Sequence record: NC_047995.1
Strand: one strand, 5' to 3'
DNA length: 64,000 bases
Made by a program: the position numbers and the translations under genes. Of the stretch, positions 18,719 through 28,098 are shown piece by piece (positions within the stretch are counted from its first letter, which is position 1; each line of letters begins with the position of its first letter). The notes below the pieces were generated by a model. The model worked only from the letters and a program-made list of their open reading frames with translations. It had not been told where the DNA came from and ran no database searches.

Positions 18719-18798
18719 TCACCAACCGAACACATTGCTGTGTGTAGTCTAGCCCGACTTGGGCAGGGGAGAGCCGGATGGCCTCCCCATTTTTTTTT
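18714..18798 (+). ncRNA. Candidate ~80-nt small RNA (motif + three hairpins + T9)
   Basis: AATCTGTAAAT at 18703-18713; hairpins 18730-18743, 18752-18764, 18766-18788; T9 at 18790-18798. Confidence 0.35.
18766..18798 (+). terminator. Rho-independent terminator
   Basis: GGGGAG(A)GCC-GGAT-GGCCTCCCC followed by A and T9. Confidence 0.8.
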
Positions 18799-18821
18799 GT
18801 CTACGGCAGCAGGAGAACAGC

Positions 18822-19811
18822 ATGTCCAAATCAACTCCTCAAATCTTCCTTGACCTGTTTCTCAAGGACGTCAGAATCTTTCTGCCTAAGTTCGACAAAG
18901 GACTTGAGGCGTATTTTCAGAAGTGCAAAGGCAAGCCTGGTATGTCTGGTGTGTCGCTTCATCAATACATGAAGTGGCTCAACCCACTAGCCAAGTGCCC
19001 AGCAGGCCCGAGTGAAATCTCCATCATAACGTCAGGCTATCTGCATTACTTCTGGCAGTTCTCAAAGCCGAACTTTGTCTTTGACCCTACGATTGTGAGT
19101 CACTTGGTTGATTCAGTATTGCCTGACGAATTACCTGCCGAAGTGCTGCATCGACTGCCTTACTGGAGTCAGTGGATAACGATGCCTGTCAGTCTGCAAA
19201 GCAAAGACAACAGTATGCAACTGGACTTCGATGGTGCGTTCGTAGGTTACACGAACATCAACGGCCGACCAGCACTGGCACTCGCAGCACCTTTTGTTTC
19301 TGATGACCCAAGCATACGCTCGAACGACTTCACACCGTTCGTCACCTCATACGTTTATCTGGACCAGCCTGTTAGGACTGAGTTGCTTGTCACGAACAGT
19401 CACCTGCTCAACGTGTCGGACGAGGTGAGTCGCGATCAATTTGCATCACTGATAATCAACGTCCATCACTACCTGACGAAGATTGTTTGCTGTGTGCTGT
19501 ACATCTGCTCCGAGCAACAGGCGCTGCATACAGAAGGGCACTCGCAGCCTAGACCTCAACGCTTAGGCAAAAGCTATCGCATCACTCCGCCGAAGGATGA
19601 TCGTGTGATCACGCTAGGCACGGAGATGGCGCAACTACTTAAAGACTTCGAGGCAGAAGTCGAAACGTGTACTCGCGCTTTCAATGGACGCAGACCGCAT
19701 CTGAGGAGAGCGCACTACCATCACTTCTGGACAGGACCTAAAGTAGGCGAACAGGTTCTGATCTGCAAGTGGTTGCCACCGAGAGTTGTTAGAGGAACCA
19801 TCCCGCAATAA
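18822..19811 (+). CDS. Conserved phage hypothetical protein (PH.RRAH..HFW.G motif)
   Basis: AGGAG RBS before 18822; C-terminal RPHLRRAHYHHFWTG. Confidence 0.7.
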   Translation: MSKSTPQIFLDLFLKDVRIFLPKFDKGLEAYFQKCKGKPGMSGVSLHQYMKWLNPLAKCPAGPSEISIITSGYLHYFWQFSKPNFVFDPTIVSHLVDSVLPDELPAEVLHRLPYWSQWITMPVSLQSKDNSMQLDFDGAFVGYTNINGRPALALAAPFVSDDPSIRSNDFTPFVTSYVYLDQPVRTELLVTNSHLLNVSDEVSRDQFASLIINVHHYLTKIVCCVLYICSEQQALHTEGHSQPRPQRLGKSYRITPPKDDRVITLGTEMAQLLKDFEAEVETCTRAFNGRRPHLRRAHYHHFWTGPKVGEQVLICKWLPPRVVRGTIPQ

Positions 19812-19857
19812 CTCGTTATCAATACTCCACGTATGGGCGTTAGGCCCGGAGGCTATT

Positions 19858-20625
19858 ATGAAATCTCGTGTACAACATGCGTATATTCCTGATATGGAAT
19901 CGTTTGACCCTTACGTCCGTTCTCTGTGCCATATGGCGCGAGCATTGGACACCTCAAATTCTAACTATGGTAAGTTGAAACGTGTCGTGATCATCGGTAC
20001 GTCGAAGCGTGTGGTTGAAGCCTACGTTAAGCAGTTACTAAATGCGAACAATCTACCTCACACTCTCGTCTGCTTTGGTGTAGACGAACCTCCTATCAGC
20101 CACAGAGATTATTCCTACGCAGGTGCCCACGTTGTGCTTATGCACGATCTGACTTATGTTGATAGCAGCACTATGGGAAAAGTTGCTACGCGTGTCCTAG
20201 AAATCATCGACAGCCTAAAACAGAAAGAAGGCGATACTGAACTCAAAAACAGTGAGTTGTCTTTGGTATATTCGAATCCGCACCTGTGGAACTCTATCCT
20301 TGACTACGGCGCCGCGACGAGCCTGAAAATTACTGGCAATAACATCGAATACCGTAGCGGCTTGGTTTCATCTGTAGGTCTTGATGCGTTGATGAAAAGC
20401 GAAAGCAATCAGCAGTACCACGAGCTTCGTGCAGAGACGATTACAATTGGCCTGGAGTTCTTCTGCGTACACACTGACTACCTGCTATCCAAAGTACATA
20501 ACCTGTTGTGGTCGCTTGCGTGTGATGACTGCCAGTTCAAAAAGAGTCATCGCATCATCTTCCATGAAGACTTCCGTCGCTTGTTCTTTGAAGAATACAT
20601 CCTCAGGGACTTCAAGGGCTTTTAA
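19858..20625 (+). CDS. Hypothetical protein
   Basis: GGAGG RBS before ATG 19858. Confidence 0.7.
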   Translation: MKSRVQHAYIPDMESFDPYVRSLCHMARALDTSNSNYGKLKRVVIIGTSKRVVEAYVKQLLNANNLPHTLVCFGVDEPPISHRDYSYAGAHVVLMHDLTYVDSSTMGKVATRVLEIIDSLKQKEGDTELKNSELSLVYSNPHLWNSILDYGAATSLKITGNNIEYRSGLVSSVGLDALMKSESNQQYHELRAETITIGLEFFCVHTDYLLSKVHNLLWSLACDDCQFKKSHRIIFHEDFRRLFFEEYILRDFKGF

Positions 20626-20700
20626 GAATATTCTTAGCCTGCTCTCTAATTTCAATATGTTGGCAAGTAGTGCTGACGTATCGTTATTGGAGAAATAACA

Positions 20701-20961
20701 ATGTGCGAACGTAGCCATCTGCGGTTGAAGTACCTCGCACGGTCATCTGGCTGGTGCAATAATAAAGTAAACGCTTGTAGTGAGCGGAAGGCGACAAACG
20801 TACAGTGCGAACAATTTTTGGAAGCAACCAAGAATTGCCGCAGCGAACAGAAGTCGTCCAGTGTAGTTTCTTTCTTCAAAGGTCATGAGCTTGTTGGTCA
20901 GGCTATATGGCATGAGATTGAAGGAGACAGCACACTTCAATTCCGGTTGCTACTTGCTTAA
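20701..20961 (+). CDS. Hypothetical Cys-containing protein
   Basis: GGAG RBS, 86 aa. Confidence 0.55.
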   Translation: MCERSHLRLKYLARSSGWCNNKVNACSERKATNVQCEQFLEATKNCRSEQKSSSVVSFFKGHELVGQAIWHEIEGDSTLQFRLLLA

Positions 20962-20967
20962 TGACAG

Positions 20968-21008
20968 AGGGCCTTTCAGATTAACATCTGGTGGGCCCTT
21001 TCTTCTTT
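20968..21008 (+). terminator. Rho-independent terminator
   Basis: AGGGCC..CAGAT-TAAC-ATCTG..GGGCCCT then TTCTTCTTT. Confidence 0.6.
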
Positions 21009-21060
21009 ATATGCTAATTTTTATCGTCATTAACACACAATCCTACTTCGGGGTAACACT

Positions 21061-23160
21061 ATGTCTTTGATTAATCCCAAAGGCGTCCAGTCATTGTCTG
21101 CGCCTACAAAAGCCCAGAAGGACGCCGCTGTTTATATGTTTGGCTCTAAGGGCCACTCCATCGTTGCCGTACTCGACAAGTTCAGCCGTGCAAAAGAAGT
21201 TCGCACCGCACACATCGACGGTCTGCTCAAGCTGATGAAAGAAGGTGACGATGAAGAAATCATCAAGTTCACTGCCTCGGCTGCTGGTAAGAAGTCTCTG
21301 GCTGCTGCGAAACAATTCGCTGTCGCTAAAACTTTGGCTGCAAGCATCAAAGCACTGAAACTGGTTCGCGTTCCTTTGAAGTGGATCGCAGGTCACTCCG
21401 ATGCGGCTGCTGCGCGTATCACCGAGACCAAAGAAATCCGTGCTCGTAAGACTGCTGGCAACAAGCCTGAGAAGCCTATCAAGCTCGATAATCCACATGC
21501 ACCAGAAGCTGTGGACATGAGTCCTGCCGCTCTGTACGATGCCGCACACCGCGCGAAAAATACTGCACCGTTCGAAGCTGTACACAAAGCGGTGGCCGCT
21601 TCTCTGAAACAGTTTGGCCTGAAAACTGAACTGGCGATGAACAAGATCGGTGATACCTTGATTCTCGTTAAAGCTGGCAAGAGTGTTGAAGGTCGTATCT
21701 CATTCCCTTCCAGCAAACGTAAACTTGGTTGGGACAATGATGATCCGAACGCGTTCTTCCTAGGTGCGCAAAACGCCGAAGAACGTGACCTGGTCATGGA
21801 CTACGTGACGACTACCTTCAAAAATGCACCAGCTACAGTTGCTAAGGCGTATGAGAAGCTGTGGGAAAAAGCTGCGGCCGGTGAGTTCGGTGATATCCCT
21901 GTACGCCGAGTGCCTGGTGCAAAAAAGCCTAAACCTGCTGGGGCAAAACCTGTGCCAGAAGCCAAGCCCGCGGCTAAGTACACGCCGTCAGGTAAATCTG
22001 ACGTGACGCTGGTGGACGAACTGGCAGAAGTCACCGCACGTAAGATCTCTGCAAAGCCGATGCAGGCGCGTGAAGAATATTTCAATGCGCTGCGTAACGT
22101 ATTGCAGAAAAATCTGCCGAAGACCGTCGTCGCTGTTGTATCGAATGGCGTTACTGTTGTAGGCAAACGCGATTACGTTATCAACCTTAACGACAACGCG
22201 TGGACGATCAAAACTGGCGTAACAGGTAAACCGAAACGTATCGGCGCAACGTTTGATATCGTTGACCTGTTGGGTATGCTGGACAAGAGCATTCTGCGCC
22301 CAAAGCCTGATGCGGCTAAGCCTGCTCCTGCAGCAGCGCCCGCAGCCGCAAAACCAGTTAAGCCTGCTCCAGCCAAGCCAGCGCCAGTGAAGAAGACTGA
22401 GGCACAAGCGTGGTCTGATCGCGGCCTGTCGTCTAAGATTGCTCGTTTGATTCCGAATCAGGCGCGCAAGCGAGACTCTTTCTATCTGGCTTTGTCTAAC
22501 ATTGCGTACTCTCTGCCAAACTTCGATATGTCACGCGTCAATATCTATGACCCGGGCGAAATGCTTTCTATCACTACACAGTTCGGTGACTGGCGATTGA
22601 TACGCGGCGAAGATGGCTGGCCGGAGTTGCAACTGTCTGGGCGTCATGAATCTCCAACCGTGGCATTCACTACGTGGGACCTTGCCAAGACTCGATACGT
22701 CAATATGTTTGAGGCAATCGAAGACGGCACCTACGCCACGAAGGAGAGACTGGTGAACAGGCTTGAAGGTATGGTTACCTCGCAGACTCATTATCCTAAT
22801 GCGAAGCGACCGTACCGTGTGAACTACGATCCTGCCGACCAGAACAATTACGACTTCACGCTGATCAACATGACGCCTGAAGGTCTTCGTAAGGCCGACT
22901 TCAAGACAGTTCGTGATTTTGCCTATAACTATATTCAACACACCATTCAATATAGAATCGGCCACGAGAACTGGATTGAGTTCGACGACACTGGCGGTAA
23001 GCCTACGTGGAAGATTGAGTACGAAGGTAAGAAGTTCTTGCTCGAAGCTCATGGCTCCAAAGCGTGGGAACTGGTTCGCACCGACAACGGAACGAATGCA
23101 CCTATCGACTTAGGCGCAACCATCGATCCGTACAAGGTATCTAAACTGGTTATGCAGTAA
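21061..23160 (+). CDS. Large Ala/Lys/Pro-rich multidomain protein, unknown function
   Basis: 699 aa, PAK-type linkers (KPAPAAAPAAAKPVKPAPAKPAP); flanked by terminators on both sides. Confidence 0.8.
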   Translation: MSLINPKGVQSLSAPTKAQKDAAVYMFGSKGHSIVAVLDKFSRAKEVRTAHIDGLLKLMKEGDDEEIIKFTASAAGKKSLAAAKQFAVAKTLAASIKALKLVRVPLKWIAGHSDAAAARITETKEIRARKTAGNKPEKPIKLDNPHAPEAVDMSPAALYDAAHRAKNTAPFEAVHKAVAASLKQFGLKTELAMNKIGDTLILVKAGKSVEGRISFPSSKRKLGWDNDDPNAFFLGAQNAEERDLVMDYVTTTFKNAPATVAKAYEKLWEKAAAGEFGDIPVRRVPGAKKPKPAGAKPVPEAKPAAKYTPSGKSDVTLVDELAEVTARKISAKPMQAREEYFNALRNVLQKNLPKTVVAVVSNGVTVVGKRDYVINLNDNAWTIKTGVTGKPKRIGATFDIVDLLGMLDKSILRPKPDAAKPAPAAAPAAAKPVKPAPAKPAPVKKTEAQAWSDRGLSSKIARLIPNQARKRDSFYLALSNIAYSLPNFDMSRVNIYDPGEMLSITTQFGDWRLIRGEDGWPELQLSGRHESPTVAFTTWDLAKTRYVNMFEAIEDGTYATKERLVNRLEGMVTSQTHYPNAKRPYRVNYDPADQNNYDFTLINMTPEGLRKADFKTVRDFAYNYIQHTIQYRIGHENWIEFDDTGGKPTWKIEYEGKKFLLEAHGSKAWELVRTDNGTNAPIDLGATIDPYKVSKLVMQ

Positions 23161-23165
23161 AACAT

Positions 23166-23192
23166 AGGGTGGCCTCAGGGTCGCCCTTTTTT
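23166..23192 (+). terminator. Rho-independent terminator ending the core module
   Basis: AGGGTGGCC-TCAG-GGTCGCCC-T6. Confidence 0.85.
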
Positions 23193-23271
23193 ACGTCTGA
23201 ACGACCTCAAATCTGCTATGTGACTTAACTCAAACTGAGACAGACGCGTTACCTGCGATGTGCTCAAGTCT

Positions 23272-23324
23272 GCATAAATCTGGCTAAAATAGCTATATAC
23301 ACGACCATGCGCCCATGATACTAT
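23272..23324 (+). promoter_or_regulatory. Early promoter class A, copy 1
   Basis: GCATAAATCTGGCTAAAAT-5-TATACA-17-TACTAT. Confidence 0.75.
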
Positions 23325-23378
23325 ATAGATGTTGCGCAATGATGCGTAGCACATACAACTACTGCCAAGGGGCATACA

Positions 23379-24089
23379 GTGAAAGCAGCAAACTTTGATA
23401 AAGCATTCAACGCGAAAGACGAAGCAACTTTGAACGCATACGCAGCGCAAATCACCTCAGCACTTAATGCTCTGGGACGCTACGACCTGAAATTCGAAAT
23501 CATCTTCGGCACTGACCCTTACGGCGAGCGCCCTGATTTTGTGAACGACCCTAACGGCTTCTGTGTGTATCAGAATGGCATTGACGTTTTCGATATCTAC
23601 ACCCCGACTGAAAAACAGATGGAAGGCGATGCGTCTGATGCCTTCATCTACAGTCGCCTCGTAGGCGCAACGCAAGATGTGTTGTGGGGCAAAGTTGTTT
23701 CTGACAATGACGTTGCAGAAATCGCCGAGCACCTGAACGACTCGCTCCCACGTGTGGGGCGTATCTTCAACGAATCAGATCGCACCATGCTTCAACAAAT
23801 CGCCGACGACCTGAACGCGCAGTTAGTTCGTGGCGATGCAAAAGTGATTGTGACTGAGATCGATACGAACGAGCGCCGCCTGATGTTCGTAGGCTGGGAC
23901 CTTGAGGCAGATGAATGTACAGACGAGTATGGCTACTTCATCGATCTGCCATACACTGATGTGACAGGCGAAGATGCAAACTACAGCATCACATACGCAG
24001 GCTACCCGCACCCTGAACACGATTATTCATTCAGCTCCGCAGACCTTGCAGCACTTGCGCCTGAACTTGAACAACTTGACGTAGCATAA
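23379..24089 (+). CDS. Acidic hypothetical early protein
   Basis: GTG start after AAGGGG RBS, first gene after class A promoter. Confidence 0.75.
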   Translation: MKAANFDKAFNAKDEATLNAYAAQITSALNALGRYDLKFEIIFGTDPYGERPDFVNDPNGFCVYQNGIDVFDIYTPTEKQMEGDASDAFIYSRLVGATQDVLWGKVVSDNDVAEIAEHLNDSLPRVGRIFNESDRTMLQQIADDLNAQLVRGDAKVIVTEIDTNERRLMFVGWDLEADECTDEYGYFIDLPYTDVTGEDANYSITYAGYPHPEHDYSFSSADLAALAPELEQLDVA

Positions 24090-24104
24090 CAAACAACACT
24101 GACT

Positions 24105-24128
24105 GCGGGGTTACGGCCCCGCTTATTT
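24105..24128 (+). terminator. Terminator-like hairpin (UACG loop)
   Basis: GCGGGGT-TACG-GCCCCGC-TTATTT. Confidence 0.6.
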
Positions 24129-24155
24129 CAAATACAAACTGCCAAGGGGCATACA

Positions 24156-24524
24156 ATGAAAATCGAAACTATCGTAAAAGCATTCGCAGAAAACAACATG
24201 GGGCCAATCAGCGCATTCGCTGAGTCAATTATGTCTCGCCTGATTGACTGCCCTGATACAATCTCCCTCGTACCGTGCAACGTTGACGAGTACCGCGGCC
24301 TGAACCTGATGTACAAAGACCTTGAGATTCTGCTGATTCTCTTCCCTGCCTCACATGGCGATACACCTGAGTATAATATGGGCAGTGACTGGCTTGAGGT
24401 TGTCGCTTCATGTGACGCAGGCTATGAGACAGACGCTGATGATATCGCGCATATCATTCAGAGCAAGATTCTCGCAGACTTATCGCACCACACAGCGTTA
24501 CTTGATAAGTATGTAGACAAATAA
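24156..24524 (+). CDS. Acidic hypothetical early protein
   Basis: Same 18-bp RBS leader as 23379 gene. Confidence 0.75.
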   Translation: MKIETIVKAFAENNMGPISAFAESIMSRLIDCPDTISLVPCNVDEYRGLNLMYKDLEILLILFPASHGDTPEYNMGSDWLEVVASCDAGYETDADDIAHIIQSKILADLSHHTALLDKYVDK

Positions 24525-24569
24525 TAGGCTGAAAGCGCCATAGCAATGTGGCGCACAATATCGTACTAT
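24517..24569 (+). promoter_or_regulatory. Early promoter class A, copy 2
   Basis: ACAAATAATAGGCTGAAAG-5-TAGCAA-17-TACTAT. Confidence 0.65.
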
Positions 24570-24617
24570 GTAATCTCTAGCGCAATGACGCGCTCAACAC
24601 TGAAAGAGGCAACAACA

Positions 24618-24863
24618 ATGTCAGAGAAACAAATCACCATCGACGTAATCGCAGACGTAACATCGCCAACAGAAGTTGTGTTTGAAGATGGCGAGACTTC
24701 TACTCAATGGCTCGCGCCGTTCGATCTGCGCCTGACTGTATCACTGAACTGCGGCCCTGCTGGCGTGCCAGAAGTGAACATCATCGGCGATGAAGATGAA
24801 CTGAAACGCTTCTTAGCCGCGAACGATCAATTCGTAGACGCTGAAATCGTAGACGTTATCTAA
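24618..24863 (+). CDS. Small acidic hypothetical protein
   Basis: GAGG RBS before ATG 24618. Confidence 0.7.
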   Translation: MSEKQITIDVIADVTSPTEVVFEDGETSTQWLAPFDLRLTVSLNCGPAGVPEVNIIGDEDELKRFLAANDQFVDAEIVDVI

Positions 24864-24872
24864 CAACACATT

Positions 24873-24902
24873 AAGCGGCGCTTCGGCGCTGCTTTTCTAT
24901 TT
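24873..24902 (+). terminator. Rho-independent terminator
   Basis: AAGCGGCGC-TTCG-GCGCTGCTT-TT. Confidence 0.75.
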
Positions 24903-24918
24903 CTGACCTAGAGCCGCT

Positions 24919-25425
24919 ATGAAAAATCAATATCTCATTCTTCGCATGAACGCCTCTGACCTGTATGACCGCACGTTTCTGATGCGTGGCCTTAACATGA
25001 AGCGCCTTGAAAGCGCTATCGGCGTTATCGCCGTAGTAGGCACAGGTCTGTTAACGCCTAACTCTAAAATGTATCATCTGTCTCGCGTTCGACTCGACCT
25101 GCTTGCGTCTGACACGCAACAAAGCTGGGGACGACTGAGCTGGTCAGGCGTAGACGATCATCTCATTGATTCAGGTATGAGTCGCCTGCCGCCTGAGTTG
25201 TTCAAACGAATCGTGGCGATGCGCACTAATCGTATCTACCACGAAGTCGATACGACGATCCCCGAAGCGTTTCGTGATCGCCACACAGAGCTGGTGTACA
25301 CGCAGAGCGCCGTGCGCAAAGTGATCAATCGTGAGAAGACAGGCCGACTCGAAGACTTCTCTGTAGAAGAACTCGTAGAGCACCTGAAAGACAGACTCGG
25401 CGCTACTGTCACAATCAAGCTGTAA
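24919..25425 (+). CDS. Hypothetical protein
   Basis: 168 aa ORF. Confidence 0.7.
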   Translation: MKNQYLILRMNASDLYDRTFLMRGLNMKRLESAIGVIAVVGTGLLTPNSKMYHLSRVRLDLLASDTQQSWGRLSWSGVDDHLIDSGMSRLPPELFKRIVAMRTNRIYHEVDTTIPEAFRDRHTELVYTQSAVRKVINREKTGRLEDFSVEELVEHLKDRLGATVTIKL

Positions 25426-25488
25426 CAACTGACTAACGTGTGGCGTTACGGCGCCACATCATCACAACTTAATAGAGAGAATCACATC

Positions 25489-26097
25489 ATGTCTATCGTA
25501 ACCTTCTTCGCAAAACGTTCTTACGCCTCACTTGGTGCAGGCAACTTCACTATCGCTGCATCGCAGGTGCAAGAGTTGGCTGAGGCTGAATGCTTCGTTG
25601 TGTACACCAACACAGGCTTAGGCAACACGTTCGCAGTGAAGAACATCACAATCACACCTGTTGACGAAAACAACGTGCGTGTGTCGTTCGACCCTCTGAC
25701 CGACGTTCATGCGCTGCCGTCTTCGATTCTCCCTAAAGAGCTTTTGGACGAATCTGCCGAACGTGTCGTAATGCCTGACGAAGATATGCGTGAGGTGCCA
25801 CGCTTCTGCATCGCCAACGATGCTTCTGGCAACAACCCCAATCTGCTGCAACTTAACCTCAACTGCCGTGAACGTTTCGTGCAGTATCATGGTGGCATGT
25901 GTACGCTGACCGAGTTGGTGCTGGCTCTGTTCGAGACAGGCATTCACATCTCTGACATTCACCACGGCGTGAAACAGAAAAGCAACCACGCTGCCGTGCT
26001 CGCACAATATCCCCGCACCGTGTTTGAGCTGAACAAAGACAACGGCGTGACGCAAGACGATTTGCCTGTACTTGCTCGCATGACCGTGTTAATGTAA
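25489..26097 (+). CDS. Hypothetical protein, paralog of next gene
   Basis: Shares C.+VYT..G, +T+T.VD...V++.F and E+PRF.I..D with 26158-26742. Confidence 0.7.
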   Translation: MSIVTFFAKRSYASLGAGNFTIAASQVQELAEAECFVVYTNTGLGNTFAVKNITITPVDENNVRVSFDPLTDVHALPSSILPKELLDESAERVVMPDEDMREVPRFCIANDASGNNPNLLQLNLNCRERFVQYHGGMCTLTELVLALFETGIHISDIHHGVKQKSNHAAVLAQYPRTVFELNKDNGVTQDDLPVLARMTVLM

Positions 26098-26157
26098 TAC
26101 CTGACTGCGGCGTTACGGCGTCGCACACAAACAACTTCAATTGAGAGAGACACTATC

Positions 26158-26742
26158 ATGGCAATGACCGTCACCGCATTCATCAAGACAAACGAGAAGA
26201 CTCTGGCTACTGGCGAGATTCTGATTAAGCGCCCACACTTCGAAGCGTTCTGTGAGTGTCAGGTCTGCATCGTCTACACGACAGGCAAAGAGCAAGGTAG
26301 CGCCAAAGCCTACGTGCTGTCTGACCTCACGCTGACCATCGTTGATAAAGAGCATGTGAAGATGACCTTCAACGACAAGCAGCCTATCGACTCTGCGACC
26401 ATTCGTGAGTATCAGTATGACGAACGCGAAGGTGTGGAGGTTGCTGCGGAGAATCCTGAGGCAGTTGCTGAGATGCCTCGCTTCTCTATCTCGTCTGACC
26501 TGAGCGCTGAAACTCGCGTGTCGCTGCCTTACGCTGTGCGCATGTTGATTGCTGAATACAAGTGTGGCTTATTCAACACCGCGACGTTCAAGCGCCGCAT
26601 GACGTGCCAGAAATTCAAAGTAGTCTCTCTTACTACTCGCGCTCGCCATGAGCCTGGTAGTCCCTACACAATCTTCCGTCACCGCCTGAGCCAGCTCGCT
26701 CTTATCTCTGACGGCAAGAACAATATCAACGTCTATCTGTAA
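26158..26742 (+). CDS. Hypothetical protein, paralog of previous gene
   Basis: As above. Confidence 0.7.
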   Translation: MAMTVTAFIKTNEKTLATGEILIKRPHFEAFCECQVCIVYTTGKEQGSAKAYVLSDLTLTIVDKEHVKMTFNDKQPIDSATIREYQYDEREGVEVAAENPEAVAEMPRFSISSDLSAETRVSLPYAVRMLIAEYKCGLFNTATFKRRMTCQKFKVVSLTTRARHEPGSPYTIFRHRLSQLALISDGKNNINVYL

Positions 26743-26751
26743 ACGAACATC

Positions 26752-26774
26752 GCCTCGCATTGTGCGGGGCTTTT
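26752..26774 (+). terminator. Rho-independent terminator
   Basis: GCCTCGCA-TTG-TGCGGGGC-TTTT. Confidence 0.65.
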
Positions 26775-26790
26775 CTATTTGGAGAATGCT

Positions 26791-27051
26791 ATGCACCACT
26801 ACACCCGCGAAGAACTGGAAGCTATGAACTGCATCGAGCTGGACCAGATTGCAAACGAACGCGAACTGCTGGAAGACAAAGATGAAGACGACGATCTCCC
26901 AGACGAGTTGCTTATCGGTATGATTCTCGACGACCAGAACGAACAGCAACTGGCGGACGAAGAAGCCGAAGATAAGCAACGCGCCGAAGACGACCGCGAT
27001 CCACGCATCAATCGCCGTGACGGTCAAGACGGTTCGGACGACTACTGCTAA
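26791..27051 (+). CDS. Small acidic protein with Rho_N/HeH-like helical motif
   Basis: YTREELEAM...EL..IA.E..+......L..ELLI.MIL pattern. Confidence 0.55.
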   Translation: MHHYTREELEAMNCIELDQIANERELLEDKDEDDDLPDELLIGMILDDQNEQQLADEEAEDKQRAEDDRDPRINRRDGQDGSDDYC

Positions 27052-27054
27052 AAC

Positions 27055-27085
27055 AAAAGGGCTGCCATTGCTGGTGGCCCTTTTT
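27055..27085. terminator. Bidirectional-type terminator
   Basis: AAAAGGGCTGCCA-TTGC-TGGTGGCCCTTTTT. Confidence 0.75.
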
Positions 27086-27090
27086 CATTT

Positions 27091-27098
27091 CTGTAAAT
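27091..27098 (+). promoter_or_regulatory. CTGTAAAT motif directly after terminator
   Basis: 31 nt before ATG 27130. Confidence 0.45.
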
Positions 27099-27129
27099 GC
27101 CTCGTACATTCAACAACGCGAGACATTCA

Positions 27130-27501
27130 ATGCGCCGCTTCCTCACTGTATTCAACGTCACTCAACAAGAGTTCGACGACCGCCGCTTCTATCAACACAA
27201 GCTGAACATCGTTACAACCATGCGTCGCACACACGGCGTACTGCTGGTTGTGCGTGAGACAGGCAAAGTGTTCGTAGCCACAACCGCGTCGTACCAACAA
27301 GCAGAAGAATACGACCTGCGTCGTGTGGACTTCTCCGCTCCTAGTGAAGTCACCGTAGAGTTGGGTGAGCGCTTCACTGAATTGAAACAGGCAATCGCAA
27401 ACAACCTGCAGGACAAAAGCATCCGCTACTTCGGCCGCACTTTGAATCTCAACGAAGTGCAACACGCTCTCTACCACACGCAACTGGAGATCATTACGTG
27501 A
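27130..27501 (+). CDS. Hypothetical protein
   Basis: Track ORF 27097-27501; ATG 27130 preferred. Confidence 0.65.
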   Translation: MRRFLTVFNVTQQEFDDRRFYQHKLNIVTTMRRTHGVLLVVRETGKVFVATTASYQQAEEYDLRRVDFSAPSEVTVELGERFTELKQAIANNLQDKSIRYFGRTLNLNEVQHALYHTQLEIIT

Positions 27502-27743
27502 AAGACATTGCAGCATCACTGGGCGCTCGCTTCGCTGTTACTTCGGCCGAACGTTGCTCCTCTCGTAAGAAAGCGCAGCCTCGCAACAAGACGCTCTCGG
27601 CAGCAACGACCGCAGACATTCATAACGCAGTCGAGCGCTTGTCTATTAAACTGAACCTCACGCGCTCTAATACAATCGAGTTGGCGATCAAGGAGCTGTG
27701 TGAGAAACACGGCATTGCAATAGGTAACACTGATGGTATCTGA
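27498..27743 (+). CDS. Ribbon-helix-helix (CopG/Arc-like) DNA-binding protein
   Basis: TLSAATTADIHNAVERLSIKLNLTRSNTIELAI pattern. Confidence 0.6.
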   Translation: MKDIAASLGARFAVTSAERCSSRKKAQPRNKTLSAATTADIHNAVERLSIKLNLTRSNTIELAIKELCEKHGIAIGNTDGI

Positions 27744-28098
27744 CACGATCTATTGCCGACTGTACGGCGTCACCTATCGTTTGAAGGTGACAGGCATCGA
27801 CTTCTCTAAGACGCCGACAGCGTATATGGTAGAGCCTTGTGATCTACTGGTCATGCTGCCTCACTTTAAGCCCGGCGCTGCCTACGACACGTACCCTCTG
27901 TTTCGCATACTCAAAGCGGGCCGTGCCGACTTCAAGATTAAACTGATTGAGAAGGTAAGTTCCGACGAGTGGCGTTACTCATTCGTTGATTACGCAGGCA
28001 GACCGTTCAGCACTATTCTTAAACGGAGGAAGTATGACCATTGGTTTGATCAAAGTCCTAAGCCTAAAGGACAAGGCCCCAAAAGGGTTCGACCTTGA
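27733..28098 (+). CDS. Hypothetical protein
   Basis: 121 aa coupled ORF. Confidence 0.6.
   Translation: MVSDTIYCRLYGVTYRLKVTGIDFSKTPTAYMVEPCDLLVMLPHFKPGAAYDTYPLFRILKAGRADFKIKLIEKVSSDEWRYSFVDYAGRPFSTILKRRKYDHWFDQSPKPKGQGPKRVRP

Noticed and set aside
26737-26744. CTGTAAAC as a promoter for 26791
   Set aside because: It arises from Leu codon + TAA stop and is immediately followed by a terminator; counted as a motif hit but not called functional
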